A DNA stretch of 64,000 nt from the human T2T-CHM13v2.0 reference genome, Homo sapiens: the NCBI RefSeq assembly GCF_009914755.1, contig NC_060926.1, one strand, 5' to 3'. The notes below the pieces were generated by a model, which had not been told where the DNA came from, made no database searches, and saw only the letters and a list, made by a program, of their open reading frames with translations. Of the stretch, positions 14,581 to 28,929 are shown piece by piece; the first letter of the stretch is position 1; each line of letters starts with the position of its first letter. Made by a program: the position numbers and the translations under genes.

Positions 14581-16169
14581 CTACCTGGAGGGTCTCAGGG
14601 AGTGGCCTGAGGGGGCCACACGGGGGCCTTGGGGGAAGGACTTGCTTCTGACAGGTGAGCAAATATTTCAGTATTGTAACTAGCATAGCTATGCCAGTGT
14701 ATATGCCAGATGAACGAGGGGCCTAAATAGATAGGTCACATTTGGCTGTTTCATTAAAGATCCCCCGATGTCCTCCACATTCTTATGCATGAGATCATGG
14801 GTTCCCCGGAACACAGACTACTGGGGGCTTTGCCCACTGGAGAGATTACTGAAGAAACTAAATGCACACATAAGCCACCTTCCTTAGATATGTTATCTGA
14901 GCAAACATAAAACAATCTTAAAAATCATAATATACTCTACAGATTCTTGACTCTCCAGCTAGCAGTGAATAAATGTTCATTTTTTCAGCCTAATTGTTTT
15001 CGGACCACTGACTAGAATTACAGCATGAAAAGGCCACTGTCATGTTCAGTATACATTTTTAATAGACATCTTTAAACATTTAGACAAAATATTATTTTTA
15101 AATGGCAATTCTTTAACTGGTAAATGTAATTATCTAACTTTATAAAGAAAAAAAAACCTGACAATCAAAATATTCTGTCACTGCTTTAACGAAACACCTA
15201 AAATATCTTTTCAGCAAATGAAATGATTCTTTATTTTACGCTTTTAAAAATGCATTAGAATAATTGCTCTGCAACAAATCACCCTCTCTGCTCCGAGCTT
15301 GGCTGCCACATTCCTCTCATGTCCATCAATTGTGCACATTGTCATGATACCCTGATGATCACCAGGGGTGAGTCCCCCTAACAGTATGTTTATAAGAGTA
15401 TTCGGTTGAGCAATCTGCAAAATAATTGTATTTCAATGGAGATATTATACTGTGAAAAAAATCTATTACATGTCAAGTGCCAGATGAAGCAGTTATAGAA
15501 CCAAGACACATTTATTGGTGCTTTTAATCAACGCAAATAACTTTGCAAGCTGATCATTCCATTGTTTTCTTGTGATTTTAATTTGCTTCTTTAATAACAG
15601 AAATATACTTTTCAACTAACAGTCATCACTTGACTTCTGAATGAACAAAACACTAGATTTTTTTTTAATATTCTGGGTCATATCTCTGTATGATTGGAAT
15701 CTGTTTTCCCAAAGTCCTAGGGCAAAAAAAAAAGTACAGAAGGTAGTGTCCTTACAAAGGTTGTCCAGAAGTCCACATTTTCCTTAAGTCCAAAGAGAGA
15801 CTAAGGGACCCTTAACCCCATCTGCTGGTGGCAGAAGAGTTGAGGAATTTTTGCTCCAGTGCATTTTATGTGTTCCTCTGTAAAGTTTAATGTTCAAGCA
15901 GGTTTTTTGCAGCCTTTGTATTAAATACAACGTGCTTTCTTTCAGCATGTGGGTCATCACCACCACAATGGAGGGTGCTGTAAACTACCTTTTGGGACTA
16001 AATTTCAAAACGTACATTTGTATTTCCAGAAAATGTTGAGTATATAAAGCAATCACTCTTTTAAACCTGAACACGTAATAGAAAGCCATAGACTTTCACC
16101 GTGACTTGCGATGACCTTGGCAAACCTGACTATGAGCTCTTTGACCTACAATATTGATGAATTCCTCAG

Positions 16170-16342
16170 GAGAACAAGAGCTCACATTTCCTGAAGGCTG
16201 AGTGTGTGCCGGCTTCTGCTTTAAGTGCTCTATAAGCATTCACTCCCATCATACAACAATCCTTTGAGATAAGTCCTATGGTTATCCCAATTTCCTGATG
16301 AGGAAACTAAGACGACAGAGATTACACAACTTGCCCAGTCAC
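16170..16342 (-). mobile_element. MIR
   Basis: ttatcccaatttcctgatgaggaaactaagac...acaacttgcccagtcac matches the MIR core. Confidence 0.75.
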
Positions 16343-17199
16343 CCAAACAATTTCCTGAGGTGTCCCCGCTAGATGCTCAACAGTTGTTTGCTGACAGCAA
16401 CAAACCTGCTTAAGAGAATCTTCTTGTACCAAAAAAAAAAAAAAAACATTTTAAGGTCTTGTCCATGTCTCCACTGCCCACCCAATCTGAATGATGGTTA
16501 AAGTCACTCGCTTGGGAAAGTCCAGCATATCATGAAGTTATAGGGAGCTGGAGCTCCCGGGGTCTCTGGGCATCCTTTGTTCTATAGCTCAACAAGCCCT
16601 AGCCCTCGGGAAAGTTTTGAATAGCATCCCTTCCTCTTTCTGCCTTTAATCTTATTTGCAGAAAAAATTCATTTGAAATCCCATCCAAACCTCACAGTAG
16701 GATTTCCCTTTTAAATATCTGCCTGCCTGTTTTCCAAGCAGGAAGTGTGGCTAATCACAACATTGTAATTGGAAGAGCCCATAGAGGGCTCTCAGCGCCT
16801 GTGCTTAGCTCTGGTTACATTCCGCGTTCCTTGAGGCCTCAAGCAAGTGAGGTCTGCCACCAGGAGGGTGCTTCATCTCCACTGTGCCCCCAAACCTGGC
16901 CCCGCAGGGCATAGAGAGGAAAGAGGGGTGTCCTGGCTCTGGCCACCCCAGGTTACAGCCTCGGACTCTGCCGTTAGCCATACCCTCTCCACCTCCTGCT
17001 CCCAGCCTGCAGCCACGCAGCTCTGCCCACTCATTATCATTAAGCCTGAGCCATCTGAAAGGGACTAATTATCACAGCCCCAGCCCACAGTGCAGTGCAG
17101 ATCTTGGAAAGGACAGTGCTGACAAGAAGCCTTTCCAGAACAAAGAAAGTCAAACAGATGCTAGACCCCGAGGAACAGCCACCTTATGAGTGGTAGAGG

Positions 17200-17500
17200 G
17201 GTGTGTGTGTGTGTGTACATGTGTGAGAGAGTGTGTGTATGTGACAGAAAGAACAGGTGTGAGTGTGTCTGTGAGAGACCATGTGTGAGAGTGTGTATGT
17301 GTGAGTGTGAATAGTGTGAGAGAACATGTGTGAGGGGGGTATGTGTGAGACAGAACTTGTGTGAGTGTGTGTGTGAGAGAGTGTGTGTGTGAGAAAACAT
17401 GTGTGAAAGTGTGTGTGAGTGTGAGAAAGCATGTGTGCATGTGTAAGACAGGCAGGGGGTATGTGTATGTACACACACCGTGCACAGTATGTGAGCCTGT
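17200..17500 (+). repeat. Compound (GT)n/(GA)n low-complexity tract with ~20 bp ACATGTGTGA-type subunits
   Basis: Read directly; source of the H/T/S-rich ORFs. Confidence 0.9.
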
Positions 17501-17624
17501 GGATGCATTAAGTCTGGAGAGGAGGACGTTTTTTGCTGGAGAAATCATTGAAGTTTAGATCAGGAAGCGTCTTGGATCTCAAGAACTGTCTCAGGATTCC
17601 AAGAGTTGTGTCTCTTTATAACTA

Positions 17625-17842
17625 TAATATTGAGCACTGATTATGTGCCAGACTGTAGAAAGTATTTCACATGAATCCCAGCATACACCCTATGAACTAT
17701 GTATACTATTATCTCCACTTTACAGATGAGGAAACAGAGACTCAGAGAGGTTAGGTCATTTCCTCAGTGTCACACAGCTAATTAATGATGGAGCTAAGGG
17801 TTGAATCGAGCAGTCTGATGACAGAGTAGTGCTCTAAACGCA
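17625..17842 (-). mobile_element. MIR, near full length
   Basis: ctccactttacagatgaggaaacagagactcagagaggttaggtcatttcctcagtgtcacacagcta. Confidence 0.88.
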
Positions 17843-17957
17843 ATGTTAATGCTTCATCTTATTCCTAATATTAAAGATGCTGTGTGCACTAATTACCACC
17901 ATTTTCACCCCTGGATCCGAATATTCACACCCATTTCCACAATAGCACAGGGTCTGG

Positions 17958-18120
17958 GCCAGAGGTTCTTAGATGTTGGTGAACATAAAACCACTTGGGG
18001 AGCTTGTTGGAACCCAGAGTCTCAGCTACATCTCGGTGATTCTGATTCCTTTTGTCTGAGGACCTAGGAATGTGCGTCTTCGACAAGCATTCCAGCCTGC
18101 AGTGAATTGCAGTGCTGAGA
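17958..18120. mobile_element. MER5-type hAT-Charlie DNA transposon remnant
   Basis: accacttggggagcttgtt...gattctgattc...ctaggaatgtgc resembles MER5A. Confidence 0.6.
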
Positions 18121-18540
18121 TCACAGAGGTGTCTCTATCCTTGTTGAACACAGTGTCTCCCCGCCTCACCATTTCCAGCACTCTCTTGCTAGGGTCAGTG
18201 ATGTGAAAGCACAAGACCAAAGCGGAGAGGTTGTCTTTTCCTCCAAGAAATTTGTTTTTATGATCCTAAAATTGAGGGAAAAAATAATCTATTTCATAGA
18301 CTCCCTAAATATACCAAAAATAAAAAGCGAGCCAATTTATTTCAAGAGACTTTAAGTTCTGTGAGAGCAGGCATGGTGCCTGGCACTTACTAGACATGCA
18401 ATTAAATATGTGTGAAATATTTGGAGATTCTATGAGTATGTGTGTAGTATTCGGAGATCCTATGAATGAATGCAGAACAAAACCAATCTACTCAGAATTT
18501 TTGGCATTTCTACTAATAAAGAAACTTGAAATCTTTAAAG

Positions 18541-18756
18541 CAGAGTTTCTCAATCACACTATTGATATTTTGGGCCTGATCATTCTTCATTGTGAGGATC
18601 TTCTGTGCATTGCAGGATGTAGAGCAGCATCCCTGGCCTCTACCCACTAGGTGCCAGTAGCAATCCCTCCCTGCCCAAAGTCAAGGCAACCTAAAATACC
18701 TCCAGGCGTTGCCCCATTTCACTGGGTGGCAAAATCACCCCTGGCTGAGAACCACT
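18541..18756 (+). mobile_element. MER20 DNA transposon
   Basis: cagagtttctcaa...gcagcatccctggcctctacccactaggtgccagtagca...gagaaccact. Confidence 0.9.
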
Positions 18757-19193
18757 CATGTAAATAAAGCAAAAGTATTGAATATTTAATTCAGCTTCAA
18801 AAATTTCTGATACTTTCAGATATTATGTCCACTAACTAACATTCTAGCCTTCCCCCAAAGAAGTTTTTGTTTTTTTTTAATGGTCATAGAATTTCAGAAA
18901 ACTTTGCATCTCTTTTCAGGAAACTTTTCTAACATGCTTTTGAAAAGAGATTAAAAGGGATAAAAAGTCTCAAATTTCAGAATACCAGGAATAGAATGCA
19001 TATCGTAAGAGTTTTTAGAGAGGAAAAAAATACAGTATATATAAAAGAAAAGAAATTGGAATAATATAGGCCTTCTTCTAGATGCTAGAAGACGTACACA
19101 AATATTTTCAAAATTCTGAGGTAAAGTTATTTTCCATCTAGAATTGTATACTCAGTCCAGTATTCAATCAAATATGAGATCTGAATAAATTTA

Positions 19194-19511
<318 letters not shown>

Positions 19512-19914
19512 TTACTTCCATATGCCCTTTCTTACAAAGCTCCTGAAAGATATCCTTCCACAAATGGAGAGATTCAACCAAAAAGAAACGTGAGCTCCAG
19601 GGAAGAGGATATCTGACATGGACAGAGGATGTAGACGTCCCCCACACCCAAATAGCAACCCCGTCCAAATCTGAGAGAGGGTGAGGACTCTGCGACAGGA
19701 GTCTGTGGGAGGAAAAATAGAGATGATCAAGTGTTTGCAACTGGACAAATCATTGATAGACATTGATTGACAGATGTGTTAGTAAATTTGGAGAAATCGT
19801 AATGATATGTATTTAGAACTGAGCAAGTGAAAAAGGGCAATTATTTACCTCAGAAATAATTGAGGAAAATAATTCAGAAATAAATGAGGAAAATGATTAT
19901 GTTACACATTTTGA

Positions 19915-20251
<337 letters not shown>

Positions 20252-20293
20252 GAACACTGACTATGAATTGAATTAAAATCATGATTAAGTATA

Positions 20294-20639
20294 TACTATG
20301 GCTTGAATGCGTCCATTCCAAATTCACGTTGAAACTTATTGCCACTGTGGTGTTATGAAGAGGTGACGCCTTTTGAGAAGTGATTAAGTCATGAGGCCCT
20401 TGTGAATGGACTAGTGCCTTATAAAAGGGCTGGAGGGAACTAGCTTAGGCCCTTTTCTGCTCCTTCTCTCCTCCACCGTGTGAAGACACCTAGACAGCAT
20501 CCTCTATGAGGAACAGCCCCTAAACCTGCTGGCACTTTGATCTTGAATTTCCCAGCCTCCAGAACTGTGAGAAATAAATCTCTATTGTTTATGAATCACC
20601 CTGTCTCAGGTACTTTGTTCTAGTAGACCAGCTAAGACA
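20294..20639 (+). mobile_element. MST-type (MSTC/MSTD-like) MaLR solo LTR
   Basis: tactatggcttgaatg...gtgccttataaaagggctggaggg...cagcctccagaactgtgagaaataaa...gctaagaca. Confidence 0.85.
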
Positions 20640-21229
20640 AAATATCCAAAGAATGTTGGTAAGAGAAGAGGGAGGGGGGGTAAGAGAGCTAAATTATTAC
20701 CTAACACACCAAAAGTCCATAGAGAAGGACTAAAGCATGAAGTCACGTATGTGCATATTATTTGGAAACAGTATGTGCCAGTCAATGCCAGAAGAAAGGA
20801 TTAAGAGAGTTGAAAGCGGTTGCCTCTGGAGAAAAAGACTCGAAATGGGGGGAGGGGAGTGAAGGACCACTGCTGTTTGTTAGAGGCTTTTTTCTCCCTG
20901 TTGTTTAACTGTGTGCACGTGTTACCTTCGTAAAAGCAAAGGCCATCTTAGAGATCTAATAAATGACAAACTGTATAGACATGACTCTGGTACCTGGAGC
21001 ACAGTGAGTGCACTGACACCAGTAGCTGGGAGGACTATTATTACGGATGCCCCAGTGGCACTTGCCATGTGCCTGCTCCTGCCATCCAGTGAACGGCTGG
21101 CTCCCTCTCTCCTGCTCCCTCTGTCCATGCAGAATCGAGTGTTCATATTAGGAACGACATCGGTGCATTGTTTGTGGGGCTTTCTCTCCATTTTCACTTC
21201 CATCACCTACTAGCCTTCTTGCTGCCATT

Positions 21230-21630
21230 TGCTTCAGGGCTTTCCTGCCCCTCTGCCTGGAACGCCTGCCTCCCTGATGCTGCCTCCCAGACATGCTTAT
21301 CTCTTCCCTCTTCAGCCTCTCTTGACATTTTCTCCTAGCAGAGGCCTTCCCTTGCCATCCCACCTAAAAATAGCAACTTCAACCCTCTACTCTCTCCCCT
21401 TGCCCTACTTTAGTTCATTTCTAGCACTTATCACTGCCTGAAATATCTGTTTACCTGCCAACTCCCTCTCTCTCAATTGATTATAAACTCCAAGAGGCAA
21501 GGACTTTGACTTTGCTGATATATTCCCAGCACTAGAACTATGCCTGGTGCACAGTAAGAACTAAATAGCTATTTGTTAAGTAGATGGATGATTGAATGGG
21601 TAGAAAGATGGATGAATGAATAAATGAATC
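21230..21630 (+). mobile_element. L2 3' end
   Basis: tattcccagcactagaactatgcctggtgcacagtaag...tatttgtt...gaatgaataaatgaat. Confidence 0.8.
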
Positions 21631-21848
21631 ATTTAATACTCTCATGGTATGAATTGGGTCTCAGCCTAGAGCTTGTGCAGTTCTAGGGTTAATTTTCAGG
21701 TGGCCTCAGATTATTTCCAGAGACTGTTTCCTCTGTCCCTGTATCTACCGCACCTATCAAAGCCTGTCCTTCCCCCACTCTTTCCCTCTACTTCCGTATA
21801 TTTCTTCTAAGTGCAGGTCTCCATGTCTGAGGAAGGAACCTACTGTGA

Positions 21849-22208
<360 letters not shown>

Positions 22209-22329
22209 TAAGCCTGGGCATCAGATTTCTAAGAGCATGAGACAAGAACAGCTACTGGTGTGATGTAATAAACAACGCAGGTGCACTTGACAGAGAGAAA
22301 GGCCCCAGGAAATTGCGCCATCATGTCTC

Positions 22330-22820
22330 ATTTGTACCTGCAGGGTTTTAACTTATGGAGGTGACTGAGTGACAACACACAGAGGCCAATGCCACTGAAA
22401 GAAGACTGGTACTACTCACATGCATGGAAGGGGCATGCCATGCCACACAGGGCCACCTAGAGCAGCACCAAGGTTTGGTTAGAAGGCAGAAGCAGGTGTG
22501 AGGGGAAGAACTAGGCCAGACCCTTAATGGAATTTCCATGGGAAAAGCAAGGCAGGGCAGGGGAAACAGCTGAGGACTATCTAGTTTGAATAGTGTCAGT
22601 GGGCTCTGGATTATGGGGGTGGTCTCCAGCTGTCTAGTGCCTGGCCCTGGCTGATTTAGGCCAGGGGGAGTATTGGGTGGTGTGTGAGTTAGATAAGGAA
22701 GTGGTTCAGATTATGGGCTCTGGATCACATGGAGATGGAAGCAACTTTGGCTTAGTTTGGCCCTGTAGTTAATGGATGCCAGGTAGACGAACACAGACTC
22801 TAAGAAAGCATAGTTAGAAC
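22330..22820 (-). mobile_element. ERVL-class solo LTR (MER73/MER74-like)
   Basis: gggaaaagcaaggcagggcagggg...ctagtttgaata...gcctggccctgg resembles recalled MER73/74 antisense sequence; subfamily uncertain. Confidence 0.55.
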
Positions 22821-22923
22821 ACCATCCCCACAACATTCACAAGCCTTTACTTAGCTGAAGCTAGAGATCTCAAGCTGAGAAAGACAAAGTGAATGGCAAA
22901 CAGATTCTAGAATGTGATTTGCA

Positions 22924-23088
22924 AGCTGGTCACAGTGACATAGGCATGAGTCCCAGCTACTTGGGAGGCTGAGGTAGGAGGATCACTTGGGCTCAGGAGT
23001 TCAACACTGTAGTGTGCTCTGTTTGCACCAGTGAAGAGCCACCGCCCTCCAATCTGGGCAGCGTAGTGAGACTCATAGCTTTAAAAAA
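22924..23088 (+). mobile_element. FAM-like Alu monomer
   Basis: Monomer with FAM-type gtagtgtgct...ccagtgaagagccac segment. Confidence 0.75.
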
Positions 23089-23320
23089 TGTTTTAAATGG
23101 GCTTTGTGCCATCTATTAATTTCTGTCAGCACCAAAAATAACCTTGAAAAACATTCAATGGCATTAACAAGTACAAATATTTTATAATTCATATTTTTAA
23201 AATTCCTTTAACAAAAGCAAATTTACTATATAACTCATAAGATTCAAAAACTATACTATAGACTTCAAGGAAGTGTAAAAAATCTAAAGTAAGATGCTCT
23301 TTAGAAACTGATGGAATTTA

Positions 23321-23450
23321 AGCCAGTTACAGTGGCTCATGCCTATAATCCCAGCTGCTCAGGAGGCCGAGGTGGGAGCATTTCTTGAGACCAGGTGTTT
23401 GAGGCCGGCCCGGGCAACATAATGAGACCCTATCTCTAAAAAAAAATAAT
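23321..23450 (+). mobile_element. FLAM (free left Alu monomer)
   Basis: Left-arm Alu sequence followed directly by an A tail. Confidence 0.85.
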
Positions 23451-24469
23451 TTTTTTAAGAAATTGGAGGAATTTTATTTCGCAAAGAGCATTAGAAACCT
23501 CCCTTTTAAAATCAGAATAAATAATTGTATCAAATTAGTAACAATAATCCCAATTCATAAATAGGCAATTAGGCCTTCTCTAATTAACATGGGTCATATC
23601 AATATGACTGTGAAATACAAAAAAAAAAGTAATAATGAACTTGGGTTTACATATTTTGGTTTAAAAATGAAGGTTACTCTCCCACTCCCTGATGATGTTA
23701 AAATGTTTTTAGGAAAACTTAACATCTTCAAGACTGAGTATATCTGTTCTTGGTGGTCTCAGCGATGCTCAGAGACTTCCACTGAGTCTCATTGCTATCC
23801 CAGTGTTACTTCCCATTTGTGAAAACTGATGCCCAATAAACCAACAGGCATTTATTGGGCTGCACTGGGGTCGTCTTGAAGGTTGTTCATCTTTTTGCCC
23901 CTTGGACTTTAGGAAACACAACGGAGCTCAAACATGATAAGATCTGGATGAAGAACAGGTATGGAAGTGATGAGAGAAAAATTAAGATCTTAGCTAGGTT
24001 TAACTAACTAATCTAGGGATCAGATGGGCTGCAATCCTAGGACAGAGTTTCACAGGAAATGAGTCTCAGGCCAGGACCCAGTGACTGGACAGGTCTTAGG
24101 GAATGGGCGACCAAGTCTGTCGTTTTCCCAGGAGGGAAAAACGATGCTTGAAAGGGAGAGGGAGGGGCGTGAGCTGGTGGCCGGGGTGAGGGAGCAGAGG
24201 CCAGAACACACTGGGTCAGATGAGGCCTTTGGCTTGTTATGATAAGTAATAGGGAGTTCTAGAGGGATCTGGGTGGAAGAATGGCCTAAAAAGGCAGCAT
24301 TTGAGCCAGATTGTTGTGAGGTCTGTGTCATTTACAGAGAAGGCTCTTAGAAGAGTCCAGGCATAAGACTATAGGCCACAGAGAAAAGGACAACCCATGG
24401 ACGTATTTTAAAGAATAGCCTAATATTCTAAGTGATGAGATAGGGGGGCGGGGCAAGGTGTGTGCACCA

Positions 24470-24700
24470 GATAGTGGTTAAGGGCACGGGTCATGGGTTC
24501 CGGGAGACCTAAGAATCCCTGCCCCACCACTTACAACTGAGTGACCTTAGGCACACTGATTCATTCTTTCATCTGAGAACTGGAACAATGGCACCTGCCT
24601 CATGGAGTGGGAGGTTGGGGGTGGGGGGTTGTGAGGGCTAAAAGAGGGACCTGTGTTAGCAGAGGGTCTGAGGCATAGTAAGGGATCAATAAGTGGATAA
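24470..24700 (+). mobile_element. MIR
   Basis: agtggttaagggcacggg...ccaccacttacaactgagtgaccttaggca. Confidence 0.75.
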
Positions 24701-25886
24701 TAATATCTTTGATTTTTTAAATTTTAAAAGTTAGTATTAAGAGACAAGACTCCCTATAATTTTCACATTTCCAGGTGAGGAGATTGGGGCATGACAGACA
24801 GAACAGGGAGAGAAACTCCTTAGAGAGCTGGGCAGTGAGTCTCAATGAATCCAATAATACCCAAGTCCAGCCCCAGCATTTGAGAGGAGGTTCCTAGGCA
24901 ATTAAAACACCACAGTTTAGATCTGGACACACGAATAGAGTTCAGAAATGAAAGGTACTCTTTAGGAAATAAAATATTAGGGAAATTGTTCGATTTTACT
25001 TCTAACCTGTGTCTTGCAAGGCATTGCTGAAAAGAATTCTATGGAAAGCATATGTTTTGCTCTGTGGATTAAACTTAAAAAATCCTCTAATTTAAATTAA
25101 AAATTAAAAAACAGGAAAGAAACGTTTCTGAAACTTGATCATTCGGTCCTGAAACTGACCATGCTTAGAACAGACGATTGAATAATTTCTGATTTTTTCT
25201 GGAGGTGTTTTTCTGTCTCTGGCCTTCTGTAATAAAAGTTTGCAATAGTCAGTTCTCAATTAGCTTTGTTAATGGAAAGGAGCAGTGACATAGATAAAAA
25301 CAAACTACAGATAAGATGAAAAATGATTTACTGCCACTCATAGTTTCCCTCAACCCCCAACCTCTCCCCTTCTCAAATCCCTCCAATCAGCATCTACAGA
25401 TCCCCAACGTGTGGTGTCAGAAGGAGACTGTGGGTCACACAGATAATCTACTCAAGGGTAATGGATTTGACTACAATTTAGCATTGATTAATTATAGTGT
25501 CCAATTTTAATTCAGTGCTATTCACTAACTAATTAGATAAGGATTTTCTACGTTCTATTTTTGCCTCAGAAAATTCTAAGCATAGGTACTTTAAAATTAG
25601 CAGTGCTGTTGAAATTTAATAATTATTTATCCCCAACCTCACAATGAATGCTGCTGCATGAGGGTCAGGAGACCTAGGTTCTTCCCAGTCCTACCCATGG
25701 CAGGGACTCTGTGACACCAGGTAATCAACTGCACCCCTCTGTGTTGTTTCCTTGCTTATAAAGTGGAGGTTGGGCAACGGGCTGGCTGAGGTTGTTTCCA
25801 GGGCTACCGTTCCCGTCTAGGTCATAGTTATGATGCATATCTTGTTTTTAACATTTGCCCTTAGACCTGTACTTATAAATTTATGG

Positions 25887-26120
25887 CAGTGGGTGTCAGC
25901 CAGGGGCAATTTTGCCCCTAGGGGACATTTGGAAATGTCTGGAGATTTTTGTTGTTGTTGTGACTTGGGGTTGCAGGGAGTCAGAGTGGTGTGTGATATC
26001 GGTATCTAGTGGGTAGAGGCCAGGGATACTATTAAATATCCTACAATGCCCAAGACAGTCCTCCACAACAAAGTATTATCTGGTCCAAAATGTCAATAGT
26101 GCTGAGACTGACAAACCCTA
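25887..26120 (-). mobile_element. MER20 DNA transposon
   Basis: ggggcaattttgccccta-ggggacatttggaaatgtctggaga...atctagtgggtagaggccagggat. Confidence 0.9.
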
Positions 26121-27888
26121 ATGTATAAGAAAGTATTTGACACAGGTCAGTAGTCTAGGAATTACCCTATTTGGGAAGGTAAATAGAAATTTAAATTATG
26201 GGGTAATCAAATATTAAATTTGAACTTACAACTGAAGCACCAAAGATACCATAAATATAAAATTTCTAAAGTGAGGCACCAGACCACCAGGTGGAAATTT
26301 CAAAGAGTTATAAAAACTGAGCAGCCCTAAAACCGGCAAGGAGGATATAAAAGGGTTGAAAGCATGAATATTGAGAAAGGATCAATGAAAAGTGTCTTTC
26401 AGCAGAGGGCTGCTGCCCTATGTGACTCCTAATCCCGCCGCACAAGTGAAAGAGTTCCCTGGGGCTATTTTGAATTCTGCTCCTGAGAGTCTCCTGGGAG
26501 CGATGGGACTCCAAAGACTTTGTGGAGGGGAAGTTCTAGAAAACAAGGGATGAAAAGAGTGCAGCAGCTAGAGGAATAGTCTGCTTGGTCCACCTCTTGG
26601 GCCTAAAGTTGGAGGAACCCTCAGGGGAACTTCTGAACGGCCCAGCAACAGCCCCACGAGAGAAAGATTCACCTGTGAGCATCGGCCAGACCCGGACAGT
26701 GCAAAGCCATCTCTCAACCACGCCATTCACATAAGAGCTTTGCTGTACCCTTTTTCTTCTCCCCCTCGGGGCTCCGGCCCCACAGGAACATGGAAGAAAG
26801 TAGAAAAGCGAAAGAAAAAGCCACCATCTTTCCTTCTACAAAGGCACGTGGTCTGTAACAAACAGGCTATAGCTGGGGCAGGGAAAGGAGGTCTTACTTT
26901 TAAATATATATTGAAACATTGATTATATATTAGACTGGAATTCTATTTCTAATTCAAGACTGTGTTTTGGCTTAAGTGGTTAGTAGGACTTGCTACTCCT
27001 TAAGTGACTAGAACATTCCTGAAATCTATCCGGGCTTTCATCCAACAAAAAACTCCCGCACTGAATACGTTTTAAAGAGCACTGGAAGTCAAAAATAAGT
27101 TTCATTCCAATTACATCCTACTCCTTACACTTGTCAACATACCAGTTATATTTTCATTCTAGAAATGTAATCAAGGTTCCTTGTGAGCTATTTGCCTAAA
27201 GCAAAGAAAGAAAAAAAAAACCTTGTTAAACAAGCACCTTGTTTAAACAAGATGCTAAAACATAAAAATTTCTGAGTTCACAAAATATAATTTTTGGGTT
27301 CCTAATAATTTTTATTATTATTATTTTTAAGACTAGTCAACTTAAAAATTTTTAATCAACTTTATTGAACTTTGTCCTCTGAGGAAGAAACAATATCTCA
27401 CGTCTCTGTCATTAGATTCAAAGCTCTCCAAAATTATAAACTCAGCTGTGAGTTCCCACCACGTATGGCCTGACTTTGGTTATCTCAATCGTCAAAATTT
27501 GACATTAATAGCATTGTCGTATTGTTTGAGGTTATGTATTTTCAGCTATTGACATATATTAAACATTTCAACTATTTTGTTAACTATAGAATCCTCGCAC
27601 ACTTAAAAACAATGAAACCCAGAATCTCATATTTGCATGCTCCTGGAGTAATTTCTCCTAGGTGTCCTCAAAGGCACAATCGAGAGGTTTGAGATTAGTA
27701 GAAATGTCATTCACAGATGGAAAAATGATTTTGTATTTATTTCATCTGCAACCATATGTAAATCTTCACCTAGAGATTTTTTTGAAATTAACTGTTAATA
27801 TTGTTTCATTTTTTATGCTTCCCCCAAATGATTATAATTGAAGAGAAGGATAATAATAAGTGACTTTTGAATATTTCCTAGGGCCCCA

Positions 27889-28245
27889 GGATCCTCTATT
27901 AAATGTGTGGTCCATGAACCAGCAGCTTCAGCATGACCTGAGAGCTCATAACCTCGTCTCTACAAAAAATACAAAAAAAGTTAGCCAGGCATGGTGGTAC
28001 ACGCCTATGGTCTCAGCAACTTGGGAGGCTGAGGTGAGTGGATTGCTTGAACCTGGGGGTGGAGGTTGCAATGAGTCAAGCAACTACCGCACTCCGGCCT
28101 GGGAGATGGAGCCGGACACTGTCTCAAAAGAAAAAAAAAAGAAATGCAGAACCTCAGGCTGTTCCCCAGCCCTACTTAATCCAAATCTGCATTTAAACAA
28201 GATTCTTAGGTGATTCTCAAAAAGCATTCAAATTCGAGAAACACT
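27889..28245. mobile_element. MER5A interrupted by a 5'-truncated Alu (27951-28141, + strand)
   Basis: MER5A halves (gtgtggtccatgaaccagcagc / gaaatgcagaacctcagg...aatctgcatttaaacaagat) flank an Alu linker plus right arm. Confidence 0.85.
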
Positions 28246-28669
28246 GATGTAGACCACAAATGCAGATCTGCAACAATGCTAGATAACAATTTAACCCAAG
28301 ATAACTAGGCGGAAATAACCTCGGTAGGATGAATTTATTTAGTGTCAATAAATAAATCAGCAGAAACAAAGTAAATCCATAACAATGAAAATCACTTTTA
28401 ATCCAAAGAGAGTGCAAGAGGCTTTTTAGAAAGTGCCATCCATAAGCATAAGCAATTTTCCATGGAAATACAGCTAGAATTCAGTGTGTAACTCACAGAA
28501 TTGTGCTGGGCAACTACTGCATAGGAATCACAGTTTTTCTAATAATCCCAACTGACTGATCATTGTGAACACTTTGTGTCCCTTTTTATGAGCTCCTAAA
28601 CCAATGGACAAGGTCAGGAAGAAGATTTCTCTTTTTACGCTGGTTGGGTGATACCCACAGCTGTGGTTA

Positions 28670-28860
28670 AGCTGTGGTTCTTAATCTTTCCTACACATTT
28701 TCCTACACATTTTAGATTCGGTTGGCAAACTTCCCACAGTCCTATGCCTAGGCTGTAGGCCATACCAGTTATATCAGAATCTCCAGGGTTAGGACCCAGG
28801 CATCAGTAGCTTTTAAAAGTCTCCAAGAGATTGCAATGTGCAGCCTAATTTGGGGACCAA
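28670..28860. mobile_element. MER5A-type remnant
   Basis: atcagaatctccagggttaggacccaggcatcagtagcttttaaaagtctccaagagattgcaatgtgcagcc. Confidence 0.7.
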
Positions 28861-28929
28861 AGACCTATACAAATGAAACTGAAGGAGTTGTTTGACAATT
28901 ATAGGGTATATTTATCAAAAGAAATAGCT

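Noticed and set aside
24608-24637. G-quadruplex-like G runs (also ~14570-14640 and ~46810-46841)
   Set aside because: Common motifs, mostly inside repeats, with no promoter context.
26740-26850. + strand acceptor-like ccccacag followed by ATG GAA GAA
   Set aside because: No good GT donor follows and the peptide is unrecognisable.
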